NCBI GenBank assembly: GCA_963836945.1
Contig: CAWILL010000014.1
Location: forward strand, 106,486 to 170,485
From: an uncultured Acidobacteriota bacterium
Lineage (GTDB): Bacteria; Acidobacteriota; Terriglobia; Terriglobales; Acidobacteriaceae
DNA: 64,000 bases
Direction of reading: 5' to 3'
Below, piece after piece: positions 18,538-27,935 of this stretch. The notes below the pieces were generated by a model, which had not been told where the DNA came from, ran no database searches, and was given only the letters and a program-made list of their open reading frames with translations. Within the stretch, counting starts at the first letter, position 1. Each line of letters starts with the position of its first letter. Position numbers and translations under genes: made by a program.

Positions 18538-19832
18538 TGGACTTCTCCTGTCACTTCTGAGATCGACTGCGGCTGTGCAGCCAGGTGTTCGACGCGTGCC
18601 GGGAAAACCGGCGGACGAACCGAGTCAGGGTTCCACTTGAAAAGAAACTGCGTTGCCGGTCCGCAAATTCTTCCCTGGCAAGGTCCCATTCCGCAACGCG
18701 TGTGCAGTTTGGCGGCGCGCCAAGACGTGTGCTCGCGAAGGCGCGAGTAGGAAACGTCTTCGCATCGGCAAATCAGAGTGTCCGCCGAAGGTAGGCTTCT
18801 GAGTTCCGAGCGCAGACAGAATGTCTCGTCCAGAAGGCGCGCAAACCGGCGGAATCTCCCTCGCTTGGGAAACAGCATTCGCGCTTCGGAAGCCTTGCCG
18901 GTCGCGGCTAGCCCGGCAATCTGTCCCTCAATAATGGCCAGGTCCATTCCTCCGATCCCTGTCGGTTCGCCTGCGCAGAAGATCCCTGGCACACTCGTTT
19001 GTTGCAATTCGTCCACCTGCACGTAGCCACAACGAGTCCGACACCCAAGCAACACAGGCAGCTCTGTGTTGGGTACAAGATGAAATCCGCACGCCAGATA
19101 GTCGCACTGTACCGTTTCTGATTTGCCCGCGCGCGAGATGGTCACCGCCTCGAGCGTTCGTTTTCCATGAGCTGCCACGGGCCAGCTGCTCGTAGCCAAA
19201 GGAATGCCCGCTATGTCTTTGCTGAGCTGCAAACCCTGAAAAATCTTTTCCGGATGGCGGATCAGCATCATGGCGAATCGCGCCAGCTTGCTCACGGATG
19301 CTTGCTCGCAAATCAAAGGGATCTCCGCGCCCTGTTTGTGCAGATACGAGGCCACTGCGAGCAGAAGGGGTCCCGTGCCCGCGACGACAATCCGCTTGCC
19401 TTGAATCGGCAAACCGGACTTCACTAAAGCTTGCAATCCTCCTGCGCCCATTACGTTGGGTAAAGTCCAACCGGGAAATGGCAGAAATCTTTCCCGCGCT
19501 CCCGTAGCCAACACCAGATTGCGATAGCTCAACTCCCAAACATCATCGAGTCCTTCCGCCAGGAGGATGCCGGCTTCGGGATGATGAAACACTCTCTTCC
19601 CCCAAAGCTCGATGACACCGGCTTTCTTCAATCGCACGAGCCAACTCGAAGCTTCAAAAGAATGCGGTCCCTCCGACGGCCCGCCACGCCAGATCTGGCC
19701 TCCAGGAGCTACATTCTCGTCAGCCACCCCGACGCGTGCGCCACTTTCGGCCGAGCGGACTGCGGCCGCAATGCCCGCGGGCCCTCCGCCCACGACCAGA
19801 ACGTCGAATCGTTCTCTGGAATAGTTACTCAT
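18534..19832 (-). CDS. FAD/NAD(P)-binding oxidoreductase, HcnB/opine-oxidase alpha-like subunit of D-hydroxyproline dehydrogenase (LhpE-like)
   Basis: Start trimmed to MSNYSRERFDVLVVGGGPAGIAAA (GxGxxG), which overlaps the stop of the 2Fe-2S gene by 8 nt. A second dinucleotide fold is at VVAGTGPLLL. Confidence 0.8.
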   Translation of the reverse strand: MSNYSRERFDVLVVGGGPAGIAAAVRSAESGARVGVADENVAPGGQIWRGGPSEGPHSFEASSWLVRLKKAGVIELWGKRVFHHPEAGILLAEGLDDVWELSYRNLVLATGARERFLPFPGWTLPNVMGAGGLQALVKSGLPIQGKRIVVAGTGPLLLAVASYLHKQGAEIPLICEQASVSKLARFAMMLIRHPEKIFQGLQLSKDIAGIPLATSSWPVAAHGKRTLEAVTISRAGKSETVQCDYLACGFHLVPNTELPVLLGCRTRCGYVQVDELQQTSVPGIFCAGEPTGIGGMDLAIIEGQIAGLAATGKASEARMLFPKRGRFRRFARLLDETFCLRSELRSLPSADTLICRCEDVSYSRLREHTSWRAAKLHTRCGMGPCQGRICGPATQFLFKWNPDSVRPPVFPARVEHLAAQPQSISEVTGEVQ

Positions 19833-20076
19833 CCGTCTGCACTTCCATGTCGGGCTCGCACAAGAGCTGGCAGGTTCTGGAATGCGGTATTCCATTGACC
19901 ACGGCACGACACTCGAAACAAATACCCATTCCGCACAAGGGACCCCGTGGTTCCCCGATCACCGAACTCCGGCAAGGCTGCCCGGCGATCACCATCGCGA
20001 CCGCGACTGTTGCCCCAGCCGGCACGGAAACTGTCGCTCCGTTCACCCGCACTGTGAATTCGCTAGGCATGGGCAT
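19825..20076 (-). CDS. (2Fe-2S)-binding small subunit (HcnA / LhpF-like)
   Basis: 83 aa, with Cys cluster CRSS...CGMGICFECR...C. Overlaps both neighbouring genes. Confidence 0.8.
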   Translation of the reverse strand: MPMPSEFTVRVNGATVSVPAGATVAVAMVIAGQPCRSSVIGEPRGPLCGMGICFECRAVVNGIPHSRTCQLLCEPDMEVQTDE

Positions 20077-21193
20077 ATTCCTTTGCAGTCCGCGAAGGCA
20101 GATAAGGCTCGACAGCGATCTCCGGTTTCGAGCCCGTCACCTGATCTACGAGAATCCGCGCTGTTCCAAGCGATGTCGTAATTCCCAGGCCCTCGTGTCC
20201 GGTGGCCAGAAACACAGATTTGTATCCGGGACACGGACCAATGAGCGGCAGTTTGTCAGGAGTCGCTGCGCGAAATCCCGTCCACACGCGCACCGCTGAC
20301 ATCGACCCCAGCGCTGGCATGTATTCCTGCGCACGCCGCACCATGCGCGCCAGCATCACCTGATCGACTTCCTTGTGCTCAGCCCCGTATTGCCGTGAGG
20401 AGCCGATCAGAATCTGCCCGGTCCGCCGCGGCTGCACATTGAAAGCTACTGAATCCCGAGACACCGAGTGCGCACTCTTCAGATACCCAAGTTCGACTAA
20501 CTGATGACGAAGAAATCCCGGATAACGGTCCGTAATGACGAGATGCCCCTTACGCTTCTTGACGTCAATGTCCGCGGTCAGTTCTGCAGCATTGGCTCCA
20601 GCAGCATTCACGATGATGCCACCTGCGACTTCCTGACCATCGTTGAGCCGAACGCTGCTCTCAGATATCTGAACCACGGAAGCACCGAGCCTGAGTTGGG
20701 CGCCGCGTTGTTGCGCGCGGCCGATAAGAAATCGTGCGGCACACGGTGGATACAAGACCGCATCTCCGGAAACCAGCAGACCCCCCGCTAAACCTTCGCG
20801 CAGATTCGGCTCAGCCTTCATCAGTTGGTGCGCATCCATCACTTCCGCTGCGACCGCCCGTTTCTGGTAGTACTCGCGCTTACGCAATACCTCCGTCATT
20901 TCCTCTTCATCCGCTGCGACCCAAATGGTGCCGGCTTGTTCATATTCGACGTCGTCGGGCAGCTCCGGCCGCAGTTGCTGCCAGAGCCGCTGCGAGTAGT
21001 TCGTGAGCGCAAACTGGGCATCGGAGTCATCCATCACGACGATGTGCCCCATGCCGGCAGCCGTCGCTCCACTCCCCACAACGTCTCGATCTACAACCGC
21101 GACTCGTAGTCCTCGTCCGGCGAAAGCGTCCGCGCACGCCGCTCCCACAATCCCGGCGCCGACAATCACAACATCGTAAGTTTCTTTGTTCAT
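20063..21193 (-). CDS. FAD-dependent oxidoreductase (DAO family), D-hydroxyproline dehydrogenase beta subunit-like (LhpB/HcnC-like)
   Basis: N-terminal YDVVIVGAGIVGAACA Rossmann motif, DAO-type length and C-terminal HEGLGIT. Confidence 0.85.
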   Translation of the reverse strand: MNKETYDVVIVGAGIVGAACADAFAGRGLRVAVVDRDVVGSGATAAGMGHIVVMDDSDAQFALTNYSQRLWQQLRPELPDDVEYEQAGTIWVAADEEEMTEVLRKREYYQKRAVAAEVMDAHQLMKAEPNLREGLAGGLLVSGDAVLYPPCAARFLIGRAQQRGAQLRLGASVVQISESSVRLNDGQEVAGGIIVNAAGANAAELTADIDVKKRKGHLVITDRYPGFLRHQLVELGYLKSAHSVSRDSVAFNVQPRRTGQILIGSSRQYGAEHKEVDQVMLARMVRRAQEYMPALGSMSAVRVWTGFRAATPDKLPLIGPCPGYKSVFLATGHEGLGITTSLGTARILVDQVTGSKPEIAVEPYLPSRTAKEYAHA

Positions 21194-21198
21194 GCGCT

Positions 21199-22155
21199 TC
21201 AGACGCGGATGCCCATGCAGAGAGGATCCTCCGGATTCAAAATCAGTTCCGCCTCTGCATTCACAAAAGCCGATCCCGTGATGCTGGGATAAACCTTGCC
21301 TTCCTTCACTCGTACCGTGCCTTCAAAAATGCTGCCCACGATGCCTTCCTGCTTCCAGACTTGGCCTTCCTTGATCTTTCCGTCGGCGTACAGGCAGGCC
21401 AGCTTTGCGCTGGTGCCCGTCCCACAAGGCGAGCGATCGTAAGCTTTGCCGGGACACAGCACGAAATTCTTACTGTCAACTCCCGGGATCTGCGATGGGG
21501 CAAAGAGTTCCACGTGATCAATTTCTTTTCCCTGATCGCCGGTAATCCCGCTTTCTCTAAGTGCCGTTCGTATGGCCCACGTGAAGGCCGTCAGTTCATC
21601 GACATTCTTCAGTGTCAGACTCATGTCGTGCTTGCGAACCAAAAAAAACCAGTTGCCGCCCCACGCCACATCGCCCCGTATTTCACCGTGGCCCCGCACC
21701 TTCACCGCGATGTCTGCGGCGCTGCGGTAGCTGGCGACATTGTTTACCGTGACGTTGCCATTCTCGTGCCACTCCGCTGACACCACACCCACGGGTGTCT
21801 CGATCCTGTGTTCGCCCGGAGTGATGCGGTTCATGTACGCGAGCGTTGCGACCAAGCCGATGGTTCCATGACCGCACATTCCGAGATAACCCACATTGTT
21901 GAAGAAGATGACGCCGGCTGCGCAGGCCGGATCGACAGGATTGCAAAGCAATGCGCCGACCACGACATCAGATCCTCTTGGCTCGTTCACCACCGCTGAG
22001 CGGAAACTGTCGTGGTGTTGACGGAACTCGTTCAACCTGTCGGCCAACGCACCGAGACCTAGGTCGGGGCCACCGCTCACGACCAGTCGCGTAGGCTCGC
22101 CCCCAGTGTGGGAGTCAATAACCTTAACGCGTTGCCATCCGTTGACTGCCATCAC
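21199..22155 (-). CDS. 4-hydroxyproline 2-epimerase (proline racemase family, LhpA-like)
   Basis: VIDSHTGGEPTR, and both catalytic cysteines are present (GMCGHGTIG and DRSPCGTGTSA). This argues for an epimerase or racemase rather than a Cys/Thr dehydratase. Confidence 0.9.
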   Translation of the reverse strand: MMAVNGWQRVKVIDSHTGGEPTRLVVSGGPDLGLGALADRLNEFRQHHDSFRSAVVNEPRGSDVVVGALLCNPVDPACAAGVIFFNNVGYLGMCGHGTIGLVATLAYMNRITPGEHRIETPVGVVSAEWHENGNVTVNNVASYRSAADIAVKVRGHGEIRGDVAWGGNWFFLVRKHDMSLTLKNVDELTAFTWAIRTALRESGITGDQGKEIDHVELFAPSQIPGVDSKNFVLCPGKAYDRSPCGTGTSAKLACLYADGKIKEGQVWKQEGIVGSIFEGTVRVKEGKVYPSITGSAFVNAEAELILNPEDPLCMGIRV

Positions 22156-22402
22156 TTATCGGTTCGCTCGCTTGGGATAACAGATTTGGCTGTTAACCCT
22201 CTCCATCCCGGTAGGGGATATCTTATGGATACAATATGCAATCGTCAATCCTAACCATCCCTTTCCTCTCCATCAGTCCATAAAAATAGACTCCAAGCCA
22301 ATGAAAATAATACCTTTTCTTGAACAGCATTCACTAACCGTTGAATCCCCTTTGCATACATTCTGCGGTATACTTCCTGCGAGGAGCTTGGGGCCGGCGA
22401 AC

Positions 22403-23131
22403 ATGGACCTAGAGAGCGCATCGTATTCCAGCATCCCCCGCCAGTCGCTGCCGTCTGCCGTAGCCGACAAGCTGCGCGATCAAATCATCCGAGGCGAAAT
22501 TCCTGAAGGAGCTCAGCTCCGTCAGGACGCCATCGCAACGCAGTACGGAGTCAGTCGCATTCCGGTCCGCGAGGCTCTCCGTCAGTTGGATGCCGAAGGT
22601 CTGATCGCTATCGTTCCCAACCGCGGCGCGATCGTTCCGGCGTTGTCGCCGGATGACATTGGAGAACTGTTTTCCATCCGCGCCCTGCTCGAGCCAGAAG
22701 TCCTGAAGTTGTCGATACCTCATCTTACCCAAGAAGACTTCGGTGAAGCCGACAACGTGCTGCGTAAGTACGTGAGCGAACTGCGCAAGCAGGAACACGT
22801 TTCCGCCTGGGGCCGACTGAATTGGCAATTTCATTCCATTCTCTACTCGCGGGCGAACCAGCCCCGCTTTATGGCCGTCATTCGCAACGTCAATAACAGC
22901 GGAGAGCGCTACACGCGTCTTCAGCTTTACCTGACGCACGGCATGAAACGGGCGAACGAAGAGCATCACCAGATTCTCGAGTTGTGCCGTCAACGCAACG
23001 TTGTTGACGCCTGCGACCTGCTTCGAGAACACATTCGTCATGCCGGTCACTCGCTCAAAGAAGTCCTCGAACAGAAACGAACTGAAGCACAACACGAGTT
23101 AGAGACTGCCGGGCGGCGCTCGAAATCATGA
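22403..23131 (+). CDS. GntR family transcriptional regulator (FadR/FCD subfamily)
   Basis: Start trimmed to MDLESASYSS. Winged-HTH LRQDAIATQYGVSRIPVREALRQLDAEGLI followed by an all-helical FCD-like domain. Divergent from the hydroxyproline operon. Confidence 0.85.
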   Translation: MDLESASYSSIPRQSLPSAVADKLRDQIIRGEIPEGAQLRQDAIATQYGVSRIPVREALRQLDAEGLIAIVPNRGAIVPALSPDDIGELFSIRALLEPEVLKLSIPHLTQEDFGEADNVLRKYVSELRKQEHVSAWGRLNWQFHSILYSRANQPRFMAVIRNVNNSGERYTRLQLYLTHGMKRANEEHHQILELCRQRNVVDACDLLREHIRHAGHSLKEVLEQKRTEAQHELETAGRRSKS

Positions 23132-23160
23132 GTATCCGTTAAGCACCCCATCCGTCGCTC

Positions 23161-25509
23161 CTAGCTGATCTGTCCGACAATTTCAAACTGCTTTTTGCCC
23201 TTCGTTTGGATCCTTACAGTATCTCCGTGAACTCCTGCAAGAGGCGCAGATTCACCGTCGAGGGTCACGCGTTCCAGACTCATTCCCGCAGGAAGCCGAA
23301 GCTTAAAGTGTAGTTCCTTTGGGGTTGTAGCTCCGGTGAGCTCAACGTGTCCGACTACAGATTTGTCCTCTTTCTTGATCAGACTGAAGCTGACCCGGCC
23401 CCAGCGCGTCGGAGCTTTTTGAATCTGGATCAGTTTTCCGGAGGCGACCCACTCTCGCGGAACACCTTTCGCCAGATACAGAATCTCGGCATCAGAGTCT
23501 TCCAGCACCAGCATCCACCGAACCAGCAGTGGAATGGTCTGCTGCGCTGGAAGACAGTAAGTCCCAGAATCGCCAGTGATGCCGGTTACTTCGCCGGCCG
23601 TCCAACTTCCCCGCGTGTGGGCATGATAGCGGTGGGCATAGAGAAACAGCAGAAACTCTTCGATTCGATCCAGGCGCAAGAGCATTTGAGCGTATCCGTA
23701 GGAGATGAAACCAAGAATCTCTCTCCCCTCCGGCCCAAAGCGCCACACGTTGGCGACCACTCCAAGAGTGGTTGCGCCGTGAGCGCGCATGCAGTCGATC
23801 ACGAGGTTCGCAAGATTCGGAGGCAAGATATCGGCTTGCAGCAGTTCAGCATAAGGCCGATGCGGCCACTGCTGTGGACTGGGCTTCTCTTTCTCAAGCG
23901 ATTCGCGGAAGGTGAGAGTTGTTCCTGGGAAGATCCCGATGTACGGCGGGGCCTTATCTCTTTGGATATTCTGTTCGATGCTCTTGATGGTCTGATCCTG
24001 CAAAGTCTTGCTGCGCTTGAGCCACTCGTCAGCCAGAGTTTGCATAGCAGGCGCCGAGTTAGCCCGGCCCAATTGCGTCCAGACCTTGGCTAGATCTTTG
24101 AAACCGCGCGCGGCAAACGCACTGTTGGCGTAATAAGGCTGCCAATACAGTGACGGCGTTGCGCTCAAGCAAGAATCCGATTCGCTCCATCCGCGGATCA
24201 GACCGTGCCCCGGATTGTCTTCCGGCAGTTGGAGACTCTCGTCGTGCATGTCCGCCAGCTGTTTCGCGGTCGCTTCGATTTTCGCTCTGTGCTTCAGAAG
24301 CAGCCGGGCGTCGCCGCTGTAATTGAAGTACCGCGCGAGAAGAGAGAGGGTCATGCCGAACTGCGCGGTCTCCGGACCACGCATATCGATCATGCCGTTG
24401 TCGTCGACGTATTCGGAAAAGTAGTTATCGATGAAGAGCCGTGCAGTATCCAAACGCCCCCATTCCATGTTGGTGTAGATGGCGCTGGTGAAGATGTCCT
24501 GAAAACCATCGTATTCTGAACCCGCGTAGTCGCGATCCACTGCGCCGTATTTCGGATAGACGCCAGCGGGGCGAGTCATCAGCTCTTTGACGAATGCATG
24601 CTTCGATAAATCGATCCAGTCACGCCGTGGCAAAGAAGCCTGAGAGCAGTCGTGCAAAAGTCGCTGCCAGTATTGGGCAAACTCGAGCCATGCGCGATAA
24701 AACTCCTCTGGCTTAGGATCTTGTCTCGCAGGCGGAAAGGCCGGGTAGCTGTGGCCATACACAACCTCGGCGATCTTACCGTCCTCGATACGCGCCGCCC
24801 GGTGCCACGTGTGGACGATGTATTTGTTCTTGTTTGGGCGCACGTCGCCGAACAGGACGATCTCCCAATGACCTTCGCTCGCAGTGGTGATGACTTTGCG
24901 TACGGCCGGCATCCAGCCACCCACGAGCCCATCGAAGATTTGCCCATGCTCGGTGGCTTCGCGCAATCGAGGAAAGTACTGCCCCGCGTGATAAGTGCGG
25001 GTGCCTCCGCCTCGGTAGACGGGAGTGACGTCGTAGGCTTCCTTTGTTCCTACAAACGTCGTCCACATCCGCGGATTCTTCTCCGCCGACGCCATGGGAG
25101 GAGCGGCCGTTCTGACTGCTTCTGGGTCGGGATCGCCATTTTGTAGGAGGCGATCCGCCAGCAAATCAGCGGACGACGTTCCGATATCCCGCAACGCCAG
25201 GCCTAGATAAGGCGTTCCCCCAGCCATGGAAGCCTCAGCGCTCTTACCCAGAGAGAACGTCTCTCCGGAAGACGACAGAAAGATCAGCGCGCCTTCCCGC
25301 GTGCGAAGATCTTCATAGACCTTCCACGAAGCGCTTTGCGAATTGAATTCTGAAACGAGAGTGCACCCTTCCACCGAAACAGGAGGACCGGAAACGGTGC
25401 TCGATAACGGATGCTTACGAGTCTGGGCTTCCCTGACACCGAGACCGTCGAGCAGATCGAGACCGGCGGCGCTCACCGCCACACTTTGCAGGAATGTTCT
25501 TCGGTCCAT
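23161..25509 (-). CDS. Tat-exported 782-aa protein of unknown function
   Basis: Twin-arginine signal MDRRTFLQSVAVSAAGL. Clean long ORF, last gene of the TBDR-peptidase operon. No family recognised by eye. Confidence 0.8.
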   Translation of the reverse strand: MDRRTFLQSVAVSAAGLDLLDGLGVREAQTRKHPLSSTVSGPPVSVEGCTLVSEFNSQSASWKVYEDLRTREGALIFLSSSGETFSLGKSAEASMAGGTPYLGLALRDIGTSSADLLADRLLQNGDPDPEAVRTAAPPMASAEKNPRMWTTFVGTKEAYDVTPVYRGGGTRTYHAGQYFPRLREATEHGQIFDGLVGGWMPAVRKVITTASEGHWEIVLFGDVRPNKNKYIVHTWHRAARIEDGKIAEVVYGHSYPAFPPARQDPKPEEFYRAWLEFAQYWQRLLHDCSQASLPRRDWIDLSKHAFVKELMTRPAGVYPKYGAVDRDYAGSEYDGFQDIFTSAIYTNMEWGRLDTARLFIDNYFSEYVDDNGMIDMRGPETAQFGMTLSLLARYFNYSGDARLLLKHRAKIEATAKQLADMHDESLQLPEDNPGHGLIRGWSESDSCLSATPSLYWQPYYANSAFAARGFKDLAKVWTQLGRANSAPAMQTLADEWLKRSKTLQDQTIKSIEQNIQRDKAPPYIGIFPGTTLTFRESLEKEKPSPQQWPHRPYAELLQADILPPNLANLVIDCMRAHGATTLGVVANVWRFGPEGREILGFISYGYAQMLLRLDRIEEFLLFLYAHRYHAHTRGSWTAGEVTGITGDSGTYCLPAQQTIPLLVRWMLVLEDSDAEILYLAKGVPREWVASGKLIQIQKAPTRWGRVSFSLIKKEDKSVVGHVELTGATTPKELHFKLRLPAGMSLERVTLDGESAPLAGVHGDTVRIQTKGKKQFEIVGQIS

Positions 25510-25533
25510 CGTATTTTCCTGTCTATGTAGTGC

Positions 25534-27804
25534 CTAACGACGTCGTCTTCTCGATCTCTCCGCGTCTCGATCTTCCTTAACCTCGAAGTTGGGCGGCGGG
25601 GTAACTCCGAGCAGGTGTTGCACCAAGTAATCCCAGCGCCGCCGCACCAGGTAGCGCGCGTGTTCCCCGCTCTCGCCGTGAAACATGTTGGGCACGAACA
25701 GCATGTCGAAATCTTTGTTGGCCTTCATGAGTGCATCGGCCAACCGCATGGTTTCTACCGGGTGCACATTGTCATCGATGTCGCCATGTTCCAGAAGCAG
25801 GTGTCCTTTCAAACGGCTCGCCATGGTAACGTTCGATTGCTCCATGTAATCGTCCTGCACGGGATATCCCTGGTAGAGTTCGTTCCACCAAGCCTTATCC
25901 AGCCGCGCATCGTGATCACCAGAAGTGGAGACCCCGACTTTGTAGAAATCCGGAAACGCCAGCATGGCATGAGCCGCACCATAGCCGCCGGCCGATGTTC
26001 CGAAGATTCCAACGCGCTCGACATCCATGTAGGGGTAACGAGACGCCATCTGCTTGATCATCGCCACATGATCTTCGAAGGCACCGCCCAGGTTTCGGTA
26101 CGAGAACAGATGAAAGGCGCGTGATCGTCCGGACGTGCCGCGCCCGTCGATCATCACGACCACAAACCCCAGTTCGGCCATGGACTGAAGCCAGAACGTA
26201 TTAAAAGTCTTGGGCACAAAAAAAGATTGCGGTCCGGTGTAGACAAATTCGACGATGGGATACTTCGTGGCCGCGTCAAAATTCGACGGACGCCAGATCA
26301 ATCCATGCAAATCGGTTGTGCCGTCGGCCGCCTTCCCCTGAAATGGCTCCGGCGCTTTCCAGCCCATCTTCGTCAGCCAAGAGGAATCCGATTCTTCGAG
26401 AGTCCGCTGCTGTGAGCCGTCTTTCGCCCGCCGCAACCCTACCTTGACCGGCAGATCCGGACGTGAGTAGGTATCGATGAAGTAGGCGCCGTCCCCCGAA
26501 AAGTTGACGGAATGAGTCGCGTTCTCGGGCGTAAGCAACTGAAGTCCCTTGCCGTCGAAGCCGGCGCTGTACAGATGCGTCTGATAGGGGTCTTCATCCT
26601 TCTCGCGTCCACTGGCCGTGAAATACACGCGGCGACTCGGTTCATCGACATATTCAATCTGTTGAACCACCCAGTGACCCTGCGTGATCTGGTTCTCAAG
26701 TTGTCCGGTTTTGCTATAAAGATACAGATGATTCCAACCATCCCGTTCTGAACTCCACAGAATCTCGCCAGTGCCTTTTATGAACCGATAGAATGTTTCG
26801 CCCGGATCCACATACGGGTCCGACTGCTCGCGCACCAGGACTCTTTGCTCTCCGGTGGAGGCATCAACCACACGAAGCTCCTTCGCCTTGTACCCGCGCT
26901 CGTCGTAGTCGTAAAAGAAGCTCTTGCTGTCAGGAAACCACTCAAACCCGGGCCCCTCCTGAAACGGCAATTCGATCGAGCCAGACTTCACATCCGTACG
27001 TCGCCCAGATTGAATATCGAAGATGATAGGCTCCGCTCTGGCCAGCACCTCACCCGGCAGTGGATAGACGTAGGTGAATGCCTTGGGCCGGAGCTGGTTC
27101 GGCGGAACGAATTGCACGCTGGTGAAGCGCCCAGAATTTCGGGAATCAATGCGATAGGTGATCAGCTTGGAGGAGTCCGGCGCCCAGAACACCGCGGCAG
27201 GCTGCTTCACATCTTCAGTGCCCTGATCAACCATCAACCGTAGCGACGGAAGTGGGGTGGCATAGTCCCAACTTTTCACTCCATCCTGCGTCAGTTGCAA
27301 CTCTGTGCCAGTGGAGACGTCACGCAAATAAAGATTGTGGTCTCGAACAAAAGCAGCCCAGCGCTTGTTCGGGGAGAGTTCTTCATTCGAGTGCTTCGGT
27401 TCGGCAGGATCGCTCTTGCACTCGTAGCCGGCAAGGGAACAGGTCCACTCTGCCCCGTCGAGTAAGAAGCGGATTGTCTTGCCGTCATCCCCGAACTCAA
27501 ACTCTCGAAAAGGCAAGTCGGATGGGGAGTATTCCTGTTTATTCGCGTGAGACAGAGCGGCGGCGATGCGTGCATGGTCGAACGCGGGACCGGTAGCATC
27601 CCGCTCCGAGTCGACGAGAATAAATTCATTACCGCTGGTGGAGGACTTGCGATACCAGAATCGGCTCGTCTTCTGAATCCAGTGGGGGTTTACGTCGGCA
27701 ATGTACAGAACATGTCGCAGATTTCCCGGAAGAAACTGCTGCGCTCGTTCATAGTCCTCTTGCTTCCCTTGCGCCGCCAATCGAGGCGCAAGAATAGACG
27801 ACAA
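25534..27804 (-). CDS. S9 family serine peptidase, dipeptidyl-peptidase IV-like
   Basis: DPP-IV N-terminal propeller region followed by an alpha/beta hydrolase domain with GIFGTSAGGYGA (GxSxGG), GDIDDNV and MFHGE. The true start is probably upstream (see the finding on ATT 27843). Confidence 0.85.
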   Translation of the reverse strand: MSSILAPRLAAQGKQEDYERAQQFLPGNLRHVLYIADVNPHWIQKTSRFWYRKSSTSGNEFILVDSERDATGPAFDHARIAAALSHANKQEYSPSDLPFREFEFGDDGKTIRFLLDGAEWTCSLAGYECKSDPAEPKHSNEELSPNKRWAAFVRDHNLYLRDVSTGTELQLTQDGVKSWDYATPLPSLRLMVDQGTEDVKQPAAVFWAPDSSKLITYRIDSRNSGRFTSVQFVPPNQLRPKAFTYVYPLPGEVLARAEPIIFDIQSGRRTDVKSGSIELPFQEGPGFEWFPDSKSFFYDYDERGYKAKELRVVDASTGEQRVLVREQSDPYVDPGETFYRFIKGTGEILWSSERDGWNHLYLYSKTGQLENQITQGHWVVQQIEYVDEPSRRVYFTASGREKDEDPYQTHLYSAGFDGKGLQLLTPENATHSVNFSGDGAYFIDTYSRPDLPVKVGLRRAKDGSQQRTLEESDSSWLTKMGWKAPEPFQGKAADGTTDLHGLIWRPSNFDAATKYPIVEFVYTGPQSFFVPKTFNTFWLQSMAELGFVVVMIDGRGTSGRSRAFHLFSYRNLGGAFEDHVAMIKQMASRYPYMDVERVGIFGTSAGGYGAAHAMLAFPDFYKVGVSTSGDHDARLDKAWWNELYQGYPVQDDYMEQSNVTMASRLKGHLLLEHGDIDDNVHPVETMRLADALMKANKDFDMLFVPNMFHGESGEHARYLVRRRWDYLVQHLLGVTPPPNFEVKEDRDAERSRRRRR

Positions 27805-27935
27805 CAGCGCGACCGGAAGTACCCAAGATCGGAGGTTAAGAATTGTCGCCCCCTCGAACGGATTCGCTAATTGCTAGCAGCGCCCCTTCCGGTCTCGCCC
27901 AGAGCCGACAGAGGCGCTCTATTCATGCGAGACAA

